From assembly GCF_004010195.1 (NCBI RefSeq), contig NC_057718.1, positions 67,769,872-67,833,871 on the forward strand: a DNA stretch of 64,000 nt, written 5' to 3'. Each line of letters starts with the position of its first letter. The first letter of the stretch is position 1. The notes beneath the pieces are model-generated. The model saw only the letters and a program-made list of their open reading frames with translations, was not told the DNA's origin and searched no databases. The position numbers and the translations under genes were made by a program. This stretch comes from Chiloscyllium plagiosum. Lineage: Eukaryota. Positions 37,225-50,358 of the stretch are shown here, one piece after another.

Positions 37225-38798
37225 TTAGGTAAAAACGATGACTGCAGATGCAGGAAACCAGATTCCGGATTAGAGTGATGTTGGATAAGCACAGCAGTTC
37301 AGACAGCATCCGAGGAGCAGGAGAATCGATGTTTTGGGCAAGAGCCCTTCATCAGGAATACAGGCAGAGTGCCTGAAAGGTGGAGAGATAAATGAGAGGA
37401 GGGTGGGGGTAGGGAGAAAGTAGCATAGAGTACAATAGGTGAATGGGNNNNNNNNNNNNNNNNNNNNNNNNNNNNNNNNNNNNNNNNNNNNNNNNNNNNN
37501 NNNNNNNNNNNNNNNNNNNNNNNNNNNNNNNNNNNNNNNNNNNNNNNNNNNNNNNNNNNNNNNNNNNNNNNNNNNNNNNNNNNNNNNNNNNNNNNNNNNN
37601 NNNNNNNNNNNNNNNNNNNNNNNNNNNNNNNNNNNNNNNNNNNNNNNNNNNNNNNNNNNNNNNNNNNNNNNNNNNNNNNNNNNNNNNNNNNNNNNNNNNN
37701 NNNNNNNNNNNNNNNNNNNNNNNNNNNNNNNNNNNNNNNNNNNNNNNNNNNNNNNNNNNNNNNNNNNNNNNNNNNNNNNNNNNNNNNNNNNNNNNNNNNN
37801 NNNNNNNNNNNNNNNNNNNNNNNNNNNNNNNNNNNNNNNNNNNNNNNNNNNNNNNNNNNNNNNNNNNNNNNNNNNNNNNNNNNNNNNNNNNNNNNNNNNN
37901 NNNNNNNNNNNNNNNNNNNNNNNNNNNNNNNNNNNNNNNNNNNNNNNNNNNNNNNNNNNNNNNNNNNNNNNNNNNNNNNNNNTTGGAGGGGTGGGGTCTG
38001 AGGGCGGAGGTGCGGGATGTGGACGAGATGCGTTGGAGGGCATCTTTAACCACATGAGAAGGGAAATTGCGATCTCTAAAGAAGGAGGCCATCTGGTATG
38101 TTCTGTGGTGGAACTGGTCCTCCTGGGAGCAGATACGGCGGAGACAGAGGAATTGGGAATACGGGATGGCATTTTTGCAGGAGGTAGTGTGGGAAGTGGA
38201 GTAATCCAGGTACCTGTGGGAGTCTGTGGGTTTGTAAACAAATGGTGTCAAGTCGATTGTCATTAATGGAGAGGTCCAGGAAGGGGAGGGAGGTGTCAGA
38301 GATGGTCCAGGTAAATTTAAGATCCGGGTGGAATGTGTTGGTGAAGTTGCTCAACCTCCTCGTGGGACCACGAGGTGGAGCCAAGGCAGTCATCAATGTA
38401 GCAGAGGAAGAGCTGGGGAGTGGTGCTGGTGTAATTACGGAAGATGGTCTGTCCTACGTAGTCAACAAAGAGACAGACATAGCTGGGGCCCATACAGGTG
38501 CCCATGGCTACCCCTTTGGTCTGGAGGAAGTGGGAGGATTCGAAGGAGAAATTGTTAAGGGTGAGGACCAGTTTGGCAAAACGAATGAAAGTGTCGGTGG
38601 AAGGGTACTGTTGGGGACGTTGGGAGAGGAAGAAACGGAGGGCTTGGTCATGGCGGATGGAGGTGTAGAGGGATTGGATATCCATGGTGAAGATGAGGCG
38701 TTGGGGGCCAGGGAAACTGAAGTCTTGGAGGAGGTGGAGGGCATGGATAGTGTCTCGAACATATGTGGGGAGTTCCTGGACTAGGGGGGATAGGACAG
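37225..38798 (-). mobile_element. Neptune-type Penelope-like element (RT, gap, pLTR)
   Basis: PLE RT motifs MDIQSLYTSI, QTKGVAMGTCMGPSY, YIDD and YKPTDSHRYLDY. The pLTR carries a hammerhead remnant at ~37325-37360. Confidence 0.9.
37448..37982. other. Assembly gap (535 N)
   Basis: Run of n inside the Penelope element. Confidence 1.
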
Positions 38799-39379
38799 TA
38801 TTATATCAATATTAAAGACACAACTCTGATGCTTGCAGCACCACTCTCATTACACATTACCAACCAGAATATGCTGTTTTTACCTCTAGCTAGCCAGCCT
38901 TTGTTTTGTGTTACCTCCTTCACTGTGAGCTTTTATTTTCCAAAAATAACCTTTGATCTGTCACATTTATCAAATACCCTCTGGACATCCAAGGACAGTG
39001 CATCTACATGTTCTCCTTTATACAATGTGCATGTTTCTTCCTCAAATAAGTCCAATAAATTGGTTAAACATGATTAAACTTTAATAAAATATGTTGTAAT
39101 GTAGAAAAATCAAGGTAATCAGGCCCTGTTGTAACAACTTGAAGAGCAGCTCTCGCATCTTTCCTTTGACATATGTTAAGCTTAGTTGCATATAGTTTTC
39201 TGCTTTTCTGTCATCCTATCTTTTGAGCTAAGGAGGAATGTTTTCTATTTTCCACTTCAATGGAACATTTCCCAAATGTAGAAACTTCTGGAGAATTAAA
39301 ACAAACTGATCTGTTGTGATGGCTACTACTTTTAAGATCGTATGGTGAAGACCATGAGGATTTGCAGACTTGTCAACTG

Positions 39380-39585
39380 TAGAATCCCTACAGTGTGGAA
39401 GCAGGCCACTGAGTCCACGCTGACCCCTCCAAAGAGCAACCCACACTGACTTCAACTGCCTCCCCGCCTGACTTTCTCTGTAATACTGCATTTTCCATGG
39501 CTAACCCACCTAGCCTATGCATCCTTCGACCTTTGGCCAATTTAGCATGGCCACTCCACTGAACCTGCACATCTTTGGACTGTGG
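39380..39585 (-). mobile_element. 5'-truncated HE1-type SINE
   Basis: agaatccctacagtgtggaagcaggcc...gcacatctttggactgtgg. Confidence 0.75.
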
Positions 39586-40577
39586 CTTTGCCTTTATGAC
39601 AACAACTCTTTATTCCATTTAGCCATGTGGTGATTGCTCGTTAGCTTTTGTTCCACTCCCACAAGAGACTTTTTACCATTATTATTTCTCATCTCTACCC
39701 AAACTCTTCCTACATCCTGTTTTCCTGAACTAGGTTGTCTGTTTCTATTGCGCTAGAACCATCATGTAATTACAGAACCACACCACTTTAGCTTCCTATT
39801 CTTCCAAAATGTCATGTACCCCCAAGGTTTGGGTCCCATTCTTTCGTCCTCCAATCATTTCTCTGTAATGGTTATAGGATTGGACATATTTCTATTTGTG
39901 TTATTAATACATCTGCTTTGTTTTTAATATCACGTAAATTCATATATAGAGCCTTTAATTTTGACCCTTTTTATTTCTTGATTTACTATGAGATTTGTAC
40001 ACTCTTCACTTTCCTGTCAATGCCTATTTATCATTTCCCAAATTAATATCTTTTCTTTTGCCTTGTCTGATTTACCACATCTTTCCAAATTTGATCCCTT
40101 GGTACCCACTGTTTAGTTTACAACCCCACTCGACTTCCTTAGTCTCTAGAACGCTAGTTGCAGCATGAGTCAGTATAGACCATCCCAATGATAAAACCCC
40201 ACTTTTCCCAGTACTGATGCCAATGTCCTATGAACCTTACCAGTGTTTCAGCCGTGTATTCATTTCTCTAACCTTATTTTACCTATGTCAGGTTGTGTGT
40301 GGCTCAGGTAGTAATCCAGGGATTATATCACATGATCTGTCAAAATGTCTTCAAGAAAGAATAGCAAGTATGCAACTGAATTTAAACTTGTGAAACAAGT
40401 AGCAGCAATGGCTAAATGTGCACTGGCAAAATAGTCATGTTCCCATCTGTGAAGCCATTTGACTCTGACCTTAGATAAGTAAGAAAGGTGACATTCCAGG
40501 ATTTAAGATTAGTTCTGGAGAATACACAAGATTCATGAGAAGATGAGATTTAGTACTCCATCAAAAAATTAATTTTT

Positions 40578-42120
40578 AAACCATAAGACAGAGGAGCAGA
40601 AGTAGGCCATTCAGTTCATTGAGTCCATTGAGTCTTGCAGTGTCGTCATGGCTGATCTGACAGTCCTCACCTCTATTTCCTGACTTTTCCCTATAATCCT
40701 TGATTCCCTGATTGATTAAAAATCTGACTGTCTCAACCTCAAATATAATTATCAACCCCACCTTGACAGCCTTATGCAGTAAGAATTACACAAATTCTTC
40801 ACCCTCCAAGAGGAGAGATTCCCCCTCTGTGTTAAATGTGCAACTCCTTACTCTGAGATGATGCACTCTGGTGTCCCACAGAGTAAAATAATCTCTCTGC
40901 ATTTACACTGCAAAGTCCCCTAAGAATTTTATTTGTATCAAATAAGGTGTCCTCTTATTTTCCTAAACTGCAACAAACGCAAGCCTATATTCAACCTCTC
41001 TTCATACCTGGTATCAGCTTAAGACACATTGTGTGGACTGCCTCCAGTGCCAGTGTATCTCCCCTTTAGGTAAGGGGTCTGAAGCTATTCACAACATTGT
41101 AGGTGAGGTGTGACCAGTGTCTTGTATAGTTTTAGCAAGACCCCTCTATTTTTACACCTTTGAACTAAAGGCAAACATTCCATGTGTTTTCTCTATTAGT
41201 CATTGAACTTGGATGGTAGTTTTTGTAATCCATGCACGAGGATCCCTAGATTCTTCAATGCTGTAGTTTTCTGCTGTCTTTGTTCATTGAGTAATACTCT
41301 GTTCTTCTTCTGCCAAAGTGCGTATTCTGACATAATATTTCATCCGCCATGTTTTTGTCTACCCGTGTAACCTATCTTGTATCCCTCTGTGGATTTCTTG
41401 TGTCTTTCTTGCCATTTGCTTTCCAACCTATTTCTATTTGTAATCCACAAACTTGGCTATGCTGAATTCATTTTCCTCATCCATTTTATTTGTGTATTTG
41501 TAAGTATTTGTGGCACTTGTTACAGATACCATCCTGAAAGTACCCCTTTATCCCAATTTTGCCTTTTATTAATTAACAAATCCTCTTTCCATGCTAATGT
41601 GCTACTCCAACACAATGGATTATTTTAAAAACCTTTATGTGCAGTACCTTATCGAACCTCTTTTGGAAATCTAAATACATCCAATTCCTTTTGATTTACC
41701 CTGGTTGTTATGACCTCAAAGTACTGTAATAAATTTGTTAGGCATGACTTTCCCTTCATGAAGCCATGCGAACTCTACTTGATTATGTCATGTTTCTAAG
41801 TGCCCTGCTGTTACATCCTTTACAATACACTGATTTCTTCCAAAAACGTTAACTGGCCTATAGTTTCCTATTTTGTTTTGTGTTTTCCTCACTTTTTAAT
41901 TAGACTGTTACAATGGGCAGTTTTTGAATCGTGTGGTCTTGTCTGGAATTTAAGGATTCTTGGAAGATTACTATGAGTGCATTGACTACCTCTCTAGCTA
42001 TTTAATTTAAAATCCTAAGATCCAACCCATCAGATGTAGGGGACTCATTGGTCTTTAGCTCCATTAGTTTCCTTATACATTTTCTGTCATGATAGTTATT
42101 ATATTTATTTCCCCTCTCTC
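40578..42120 (-). mobile_element. Decayed CR1 LINE
   Basis: Tail aaccataagacagaggagcagaagtaggccattc plus RT remnants (QHGFMKGKSC-like at ~41740-41770). Confidence 0.75.
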
Positions 42121-42364
42121 CTTCCTTGTCCTGCCCTTTTAAGCCCCTTCATTATTTAGTATGTTCGGAATGCTATTAGGTCCTCCATTTTCAGCATCTA
42201 CATTTGAACCCAACAAAATCCAACAAAGGAGTTCACTGTTGTGCCATCCAGCATGGAAAGAATAACATCTGTGATTGACCTGTCTTGGCAACGTATGCAT
42301 GAGGCTAGCAAACTTTGCAGTAAACAAAACCATTATCAAGGTTGGTGGAAAAAATTGCCTTTGT

Positions 42365-43780
42365 TTTTTTTTTGGAGCCAGCTCTCAGAGTGGACAGACC
42401 CTCTGACACTCCTGTTTATTTTTTTTTCTTTTTTTTTCCCTTTGTCTTTTTTTTTCTTTAATTTAACCCCCACCCAGCACCCATGGTGTGTGTGTGTGTG
42501 CAGGTATGAGAGACAGTGAAAGACAAAGTGCACGAATCTTTATTCAATTTCCACCACCAGGCAGATAGGAAAACACCCGGGTGGCCAGTGACAAACACTG
42601 CCCTTCACATCAAAGGGCAGTGCTGTGTGATCAAAACAGTGAAGGGGAGGGTAGGGACTAAATCAAAATAGAATTGGAGGGAGAAATGATGCACTCCACT
42701 CCCTGCGGCGCCCACCTCTCCCTGAACAACTCCAGGGTGTTGGTGGACACCGCGTGCTCCTTCTCCAAGGACACCCGGGCCCTAACGTAGCCGCGGAAGA
42801 GGGGCAGGCAGTCGGCCCTAACGACCCCCTCCACGGCCCGCTGCCTGGACCTATTGATGGCCAGTTTGGCCAGGCCCAGGATCAGACCCACGAGGAGGTC
42901 TTCAGACCTGCCCTCCTTCCTCCCACCGGGTGCCCAAAGATCAGGAGCGTGGGACTGAAGTGCAGCCAAAAACAGAGGAGAAGGTTTTTCAGGAAATCAA
43001 AAAGGGAGTGCAAACGCCCACACCCAACATACACGTGGTCCACGGACTCCACAGCGCCACAGAACAAGCAGTTGGGCTGGGAGTCTGTGAACCACCGCAA
43101 TCTGCGGTTGCAGGGGACTGCTGTGTGCAGCACCCTCCACCCCAGATCCCCGAGAGAAAGGGGGAGGACTCCCGCGTAGAGAGCCCTCCACTGGGGATCC
43201 CCACCGCCCGGTGGCAAATGGGCACGCCAAGGCGTGTCCGGACGGTGGATGAGGGAGAAGAGGTGGACGGTGTGCAGCAGCAGTCTGTACAGGGTTCTTC
43301 TTTTTACATCCCTAAACAAAACAAAGTTAAAATTTCGGAGGCGGCTCAGGTTTTGGGGCACAGGCTCCCGCGGGAAGTACGGGACCTTGGGGCCAATGTG
43401 AAATTCCGTCCGGGTGGGTACGGGACCTTGGGGCCAATGTGAAATTCCGTCCGGGTGGGGTGAGCGCGGACGGGATCCCACCGCACACCTGAGCGTCCTC
43501 CAACTGGTGTACTACGTCGGGTCCGAGCACCGCCGTTTTAAGGCGTCGGATGGCGTAGGCCACGTACTGGACGTCTACCGCTGCCCTGCCTGCTATGTCC
43601 TGCGGCAGCGTCCAGCCCAGGCCCCCGGCACCCAGCACGTCCCCGACCCTGGTCACCCTCGCCGCCGCGGCCCTCCCCTCCGACAGCCACTCGAACCCGC
43701 GAGTATGGAGGTGCGGATTCCTGAGCAACGGCTCCCTGACGACAGCCGCTACTCCAGCCGGAGGGTAGGCGCGACGCGAT
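42365..43780 (-). mobile_element. Young 5'-truncated Tx1-type (L1 clade) retrotransposon with 15-bp TSD and 3' transduction
   Basis: ORF2 C-terminus with a zf-RVT-like motif, WRVLHTAVPCN...CLFCGAVESVDHVYVGC, and a stop at 42658. The sequence is GC/CpG-rich. TSD AAAAATTGCCTTTGT at 42350-42364 and 43781-43795. Confidence 0.9.
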
Positions 43781-43904
43781 AAAAATTGCCTTTGTAGTGA
43801 TTAGTGGCCTTGTAATGATAGGTTTAAAGTGATACCAACTTTAATGGTTGAATTGAAGTTAAAGTGACATTTAATTGAGAAATTGCCGAACAAATTTCAG
43901 AAAG

Positions 43905-44215
43905 ATTAGATTAAATTAGATTCCCTACAGTGTGGAAACAGGCCCTTCGGCCCAACAAGTCCACACTGACCCTCCGAAGAGTAACCCACCCAGATCCATT
44001 TCCCTCTGACTAATTTACCTCTCACTATGGGCAATTTAGCATGGCCAATTCAACTGACCTGCACATCTTTAGACTGTGGGAGGAAACCGGAGCACCCGGG
44101 GGAAACCCACGCAGACATGGGGAGAATGTGCAAACTCCACACAATCGCCCGAGGCTGGAATCGAACCCAGGATCATGGTGCTGTGAGGCAGCAGTGCTAA
44201 CCACTGAGCCACCGT
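43905..44215 (-). mobile_element. HE1-type SINE
   Basis: Reverse-complement head (gcagtgctaaccactgagccaccgt) and a (gatta)n tail. Confidence 0.9.
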
Positions 44216-44477
44216 ACTGCAAAGAACAAAGAAAATTTACAGCCCAGGAACAGGCCCTTCGGCCCTCCAAGCCTGAGCTGATCCAAATCTACTGTCTAAA
44301 CCTGTCGCCCAATTCCTAAGCAACTTTATCCCCCTGCTCCCCACCTACTCATGCATCTGTCCAGACGCATCTTAAATGAATCTACCTTGCCTGCCTCTAC
44401 CACCTCTGCTGGCAACGTGTTCCAGGCACCCACCACCCTCTGTGTAAAGTACTTGCCATGTGTATTCCCCCATAGAG

Positions 44478-44750
44478 AGCGGCACGGTGGCTCAGTGGTT
44501 AGCATTGCTGCCTCACAGCACCAGGGTCCCAGGTTCGATTCCAGCCTCGGGCGACTGTCTGAGTTTGCACATTCTCCCCGTGTCTGCGTGGGTTTCCTCC
44601 CACTGTCTAAAGATGTGCAGGTCAGGTGAATTGGTCATGCTTAATTGCCTATAGTGTTAGGTGCATTAGTCAGAGGGAAATGGATCTGGGTGGGTTACTC
44701 TTCAGAGGGTCGGTGTGGACTGGTTGGGTCGAAGGGCCTGTTTCCACACA
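44478..44750 (+). mobile_element. HE1-type SINE nested in the CR1 3' region
   Basis: agcggcacggtggctcagtggttagc...gggcctgtttccacac. Confidence 0.88.
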
Positions 44751-46007
44751 GAGAATCTTGAGTCTAATCATAAACTTTTCACCTCTCACCTTGAAAGTGT
44801 AACCTCTCGTTATTGAATCCTTCACCCTGGGAAAAGGCTTATCTCTATCCACCCTGTCTATACCCCTCATGATTGTGTAGACCTCAATCAGATGCCCCCT
44901 CAATCCTCTTTTTTCTAATGAAAACAACCCTAACCTACTCAACCTCTCTTCATAGCTAGCACCTTCCATACCAGGCACCGTTCTCGTAAACCTTCTCTGC
45001 ACCCTCTCCAAAGCGTCCACATCCTTTTGGTAATGTGGCAACAAGAACTGTACACAGTATTCTAAATGCAACCGAACCAATGTCGTGTACAATTTTAACA
45101 TGACCTGCCAGCTCTTATACTCAATACCCAGTCCGATGAAGGAAAGCACACCATATGCCTTCTTGACCACTCTATCCACCTGTGCAGCAACCTGCAGGAT
45201 ACTTTGGATCTGAACTCCCAGATCTTTCTGCCAATCAACTTTTCCCAAGGCTCATCCGTTGACAGTACAGTTCACTCTAGAATTAGACCTTCCAAAATGC
45301 ATCACCTCACATTTGCCTGGATTGAACTCCATCTGACACTTCTCCGCCCAACTCTCCAGTCTACCCATATTCTCCTGTATTCTTTGACTATCCCCTATGC
45401 TTTTTGCTACTGCATCAATCTTCGTGTCGTCTGTAAACCTGCTGATCATACCAACAGTGCTGTCTTCCAGATCATTTATGAATATCACAAAGAACATCTG
45501 ATCCCTGTGGAAAACCGCTGGTCACTTTTCTCCATTTTGAGAAACTTCCTTCAACAGCTACTCTCTCCTGTTGCTCCACTATTTCTTTATCCACCTAGCT
45601 AGAATACCCTGCAAACCATGTGACTTCACTTTCTCTATTAGTTTACCAGGGGGAGCCTTCTCACGTGCCTTAGATCCATGTATATGACATCTATAACACT
45701 TCCTTAAAGAACTGTATTAAGTTGGTAAGGCACGATCTCCCCTGCACAAAACCATGTTGCCTGTCACTGATAAGCCCATTCTTTTCTAAATATAAATAGA
45801 CTTTTTAATCCCTCAGTACCTTCTTCAGCAACTTTGCTACCACTGACGTCAGGCTCACTCGTCTGTAGTTACCCGGAATATCCCTACTACCCTTCTTGTG
45901 CAGGGGGACAACATGAGCAACCCTCCAGTCCTCTGGCACCTCACCTGTGTTTAAAGATGCTACAAAGATGTCTGTCAGGACCTCAACTATTTCCTCTCTC
46001 GCCTTCC

Positions 46008-46307
46008 ACAGTGGTTAGCACTGCTGCCTCACAGCACCAGAGACCTGGGTTCAATTCCCGCCTCAGGCGACTGACTGTGTGGAGTTTGCACGTTCTCCCC
46101 GTGTCTGCGTGGGTTTCCTCCGGGTGCTCCGGTTTCCTCCCACAGTCCAAAGATGTGCAGGGTCAGGTGAATTGGCCATGCTAAATTGCCCGTAGTGTTA
46201 GGTAAGGGGTAAATGTAGGGGTATGGGTGGGTTGCGCTTCGGCGGGTCGGTGTAGACTTGTTGGGCCGAAGGGCCTGTTTCCACACTGTAATATAATCTA
46301 ATCTAAA
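46008..46307 (+). mobile_element. Young HE1-type SINE nested in CR1 ORF2
   Basis: Nearly identical to the 10873 copy, with a (taatc)n tail and cttcc on both flanks. Confidence 0.9.
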
Positions 46308-49300
46308 TCTTCCTCAGCAACCTGGGAAAGATCCCATCCGATCCTGGGGATTTGTCCACTTTAATAACCTCTAGCCTACCTAACACATCTTCCTACTTAT
46401 GTCAACGTGATCGAGAGTAATCAAACTTCTATCTCTAATCTCAACAATCATTGTGTCCCTCTCCTCAGTGAACACTGATGCAAAGTAATCATTCAGAATC
46501 TGACCTATTCTCTCAGGTTCGGCACACAGTTTTCCTTCATTATCCTTTAGTGGACCAATCATTTCTCTAGTTACCCGCTTGCTTCTTATATAAGAAAAAA
46601 ATGCTTTGGGATTTTCCTTAATTCTGCTCACTAAAGCTACTTCATGATCCCTTTTAGCCCACTTAATTCCTCGTTTAAGACTTGTCCTACTCTCCCGATA
46701 TTCCTCCAGGGCCTGTTCGGTTCTTAGCTGCCTGGATCTTATGTACACTTCCGTTTTCCTCTTGGCTAGTCATATGATTTCTGCTGGCATCCATGGTTCA
46801 CGAATCTTGCCCTTTCCTATCCTTTGCTTTTAATCCTGCACTTTTTTTAACCTATCTTTGAAAGCCTCCCATATATCAAATATGGACTTCCTTTCAAATA
46901 GTTATGTCCAATCCACATTCCCCAGCTAATTTTGATATAATTGGCTTTGGCCCAGTTTAGTATTCTTCCCTTTGGACCACTTTCATCTTTGTCTACAAGT
47001 ATTTTAAAACTTACAGAATTGTGGTCACTGTTCTCAAAGAAATCTCCCACTGCAACTTCTACCATCTGGCCTGACTCGTTTCCCAACACCTGGTCCAATA
47101 TGGCCCTTTCCTTTGTTAGACTATTGACATACTGCTCTAGAAAACACTCTGGACCCTTCTTACAAATTCTGCCCCATCCTGACCTCTGACACTAAGTGTA
47201 TCCCAGTCAATGTTGGGAAAATTAAAATCTACCATCACCACTACCCTGTTGCCTCTACATCTTTCCATAATCTGTTTGCCTATTTGTTCTTCTACTTCAC
47301 ACTCGCTGTTGGGAGGCCTGTTTTACAGCCCCAATAATGTACCTGCACCCTTCTTATTTCTCAGCTCCACCCATAATGCCTCACTACTAGAGCCCTCCAT
47401 AGTCTCCTCCTTTAGCACAAAGTGATATCATTCCTGACCAGCAATGCAACTCCTCCCCCCTTTTACTTCCCTCCCTGTCCTGTGTGAAGCGTCTATATCC
47501 TGGAACATTTAGTTGCCAATCATGCCATTCCTTCAACCAAGTCTCTCTGATTGCAATAATGTCATACTCCCAGGCACCAATCCAAGCCCCAAGTTCACCT
47601 GCCTTTCCCACTATACTCCTTCCATTAAAGTATATGCATTTCAGGCCACCAGTTCTTTTGCATTCATCTGCTGTCTGCCTACTCTTCCCCTTACTAATGC
47701 TATCTTCATGATTCTTAAAGTCTCCAGTTTACACCTCACTGTCTACTTGTCTTCTCTTCTGGTTCCCAGCCCCCTGCCAAATTAGTTTAAAACCTCCCCA
47801 ACAGCAGTAGCAAAAACTCCCCCAAGGACATTGATTCCAATTTGGTTAAGATGTAGACCGTTCAATTTGTATTGGTCCCACCTTCCCCAGAACCGATCCC
47901 AATGTCCAACAAATCTGAACCCCCCCCCTCCTACACCATCCCTCAAGCCACGTGTTCATCCTGCCTAAATTTTTCATTTCTACGCTGGCCAGCATGTGAC
48001 AATGGCAGTAATCCAAGATCACTACCTTTTGAGGTCCTCCTTTTTAACTTCTCTCCGAGCTCCCTGCATTCTGCTTTCAGGACCTCAGCTCGTTTTTTAA
48101 CTTATATCATCGGTACCTATATGCACCAAGACAACTGGCTGTTCACCCTCCCCTTTTAGAATGCTCTGCAGCCGATCGGTGACATCCTGACCCGAGCAAC
48201 ATACCATCCGGGAGTCCCGTTTTCCACCACAGAACCACCTATCTATTTCCCTTATGATAGAATCCCCTATGACTATGGCCCTACGAGTCTTTTTCCTGCC
48301 CTTCTGAACAGCAGTGCCCACCACGGTGCCATGATCTTGGCAACTGCTGCCCTCCCCTTGTGAGCCATCTCCCCAACAATATCCAAAACGATGTACCTGT
48401 TTTGGAGGGAGATGACCGCAGGGGACACCTGCACTGCCTTCCTACTCTTTTTCTGCCTTTTGGTCACCCATTCACTGTCTCCCTCAGCAATTCTAATCTG
48501 CGGTGTGACCAGTTCACTAAGCGTGCTATCCACAACCTCCTCAGCTGCAGCTGTTATCATTCCTGTTTGTGAGACATGCTGCTATGAATGTAGTTGCAAG
48601 AAATGGAGCAAAGAAACGTGGAATTGAGTGGAGACTGGAGGAGTACATCCAAAAAAATAAAGTTTGCTTGTTGAGGCTTGGTCCAACCCTAATGTCAACA
48701 ACTAATGCGAAATTCCTTAGCAAAATGGCAATTATTCTCAATAGTCTCTCCAACCCTTGGATGTGAGTGTAAGTGAAATTCTAAATGATAGTAGTATCTG
48801 AAAGATGTGATATAATTAGGTATTGGAAGGCAAAATATGTGAGCCCCCTCATTTACAATATTGTAATTTTAGGTTGTAAACATGCCAATATAAGCAATCT
48901 CAATATTGTTAAAAATTCATTCCTATAATGTGGATTGTCAAATATGTTCAATGGTATCAAGACTGAGATATGGAATGATGATGCTGAAGTTACTGTTGAT
49001 GAAGACAAGCAAGTTTTATGCAGTTATGTTCTTTATACTTGGTGAAGGTGATAAATTGTTCAGTGATTCAGCGACTTTTTTAATGGTTTCAATGTGCAAT
49101 AATAGTTAATTTATTCTTATTATCACAGAAAATCCTCTGGATCTGCGAAATCATAGTTCACCTATCTGCTCCAAAAAAAGTGACAAAAAAGATCAATGTC
49201 TGCAGGCAAAAATGTGAATCGTGACTTGTAACCTATTTTTAACCTACTTTTAAACAAATTCCGCACTCGCGCGTTTCATCATTCACAAGGGTTTCAGGGA

Positions 49301-50247
49301 TGGATACAGAGAAGTAACTGTATATTGCTTTGAGTGAGATGTATTGAATTTTATAATGTTGTTAAATAAATCGCATACCTGTGCAGTCTTTTAAACAGTA
49401 AGGAAGGTAATTTGGTTTTATATGTAAAATAGCAAGATTGAATCGTTTATTGCTCCCTTTGTATTCTGTTACATGTTTGACTGGTCGAAATCTCGTTTCT
49501 CAAGTTGAAAGGGAATGATATTCTCCTTGTATATAGTGTTGCGCCCAGATCCCAGGCAAGATTCCCTTAGGATTTGTTATGGTTCTTGACAGCACACTCC
49601 AATATGTTTAGCTCTTGGTTGAGGAGGGATGAACTGATTCCCTTTCTTTATTCACCCTTCCCCCATTTGGTTGATCGCAATGAGGTTGATTTAGAAACCT
49701 TCCCTTGTGGATACCTTTCTATCAGACCCAAATGAACTTGAGTTTTAAAAGGAAAGAATTTAATCAGGCATTCTTGAGTTAACAATGATTTTGGTATACG
49801 TGTGAAGAGTTAGTAATGCAACACACGTAACAAATTGATTAGAAATAAGAGGTTAGTTTAAAAAGATACAAGTTTTTGAAAAAAAGGATATGTGGATCAG
49901 TCTCTCAATTGCTCATTTTGATTTACCTCTTACCCCTTTGAAGTACTATTGTTTGAAGTTTTCTTCACATCTTTCGGTGTGCCATTCCAATGGTCTCTTT
50001 ATCCAGACAGCCACTTAATTTACAATAAGTTTTTTTTGCTCTACAAGCCCTCCTTTTAAAAAAAATACTAGTTTGAAATTGCAAATTTAAAATGCCTGTA
50101 GTTTCTGACCTGTGGTCACATGAACATATAATTATGATGAGCTGGCGTTCCAGTTGGTGTTTCATGTCATTTCACCCAACAAGCTGTGTTCACAGTGGAC
50201 CGAACCAGTTTAACAAACCAGTTCTGGGGTATCAGCTCGAAAGATCT

Positions 50248-50358
50248 GGTTGCAGGTTTGCTCGCTGAGCTGGAAGGTTCATTTCCACACATTTCGTCAC
50301 CCTACTAGGTAATATCTTCAGTGGGCCTCAGGCAAAGCACTGCTTCTCAAAACTCGCT
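50248..50358 (-). mobile_element. Poseidon-type pLTR fragment with inactive hammerhead
   Basis: The minus strand reads cccaCTGAAGAtattacctagtagggtgacGAAAtgtgtgg and is homologous to 29581-29680. Confidence 0.7.

Larger units (their letters stand above)
36030..40330 (-). mobile_element. Fragmented CR1 LINE interrupted by SINEs and a Penelope element
   Basis: RT remnants at 36973-37215 and 38800-39380, with ORF1/APE-side remnants to ~40330. Confidence 0.6.
44220..48540 (-). mobile_element. Near full-length CR1-clade LINE (HER1-like): ORF1 SGNH esterase, ORF2 APE-RT; inactive
   Basis: ORF1 reads RRAIVIGDSIIR...VVLVHIGTDDI. APE reads YDIIAIRETWL and SDHNSV. RT reads IFINDL...RFTDDTKI and LYTTLVRLHLEYCVQF. 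Multiple frameshifts and two nested SINEs. Confidence 0.92.

Noticed and set aside
37270..38266. 200-320 aa ORFs
   Set aside because: These are artefacts of the 535-N gap within a Penelope element.
49538..50240. Possible reverse-oriented LTR
   Set aside because: This rests only on a compositional impression, with no clear termini or signals.
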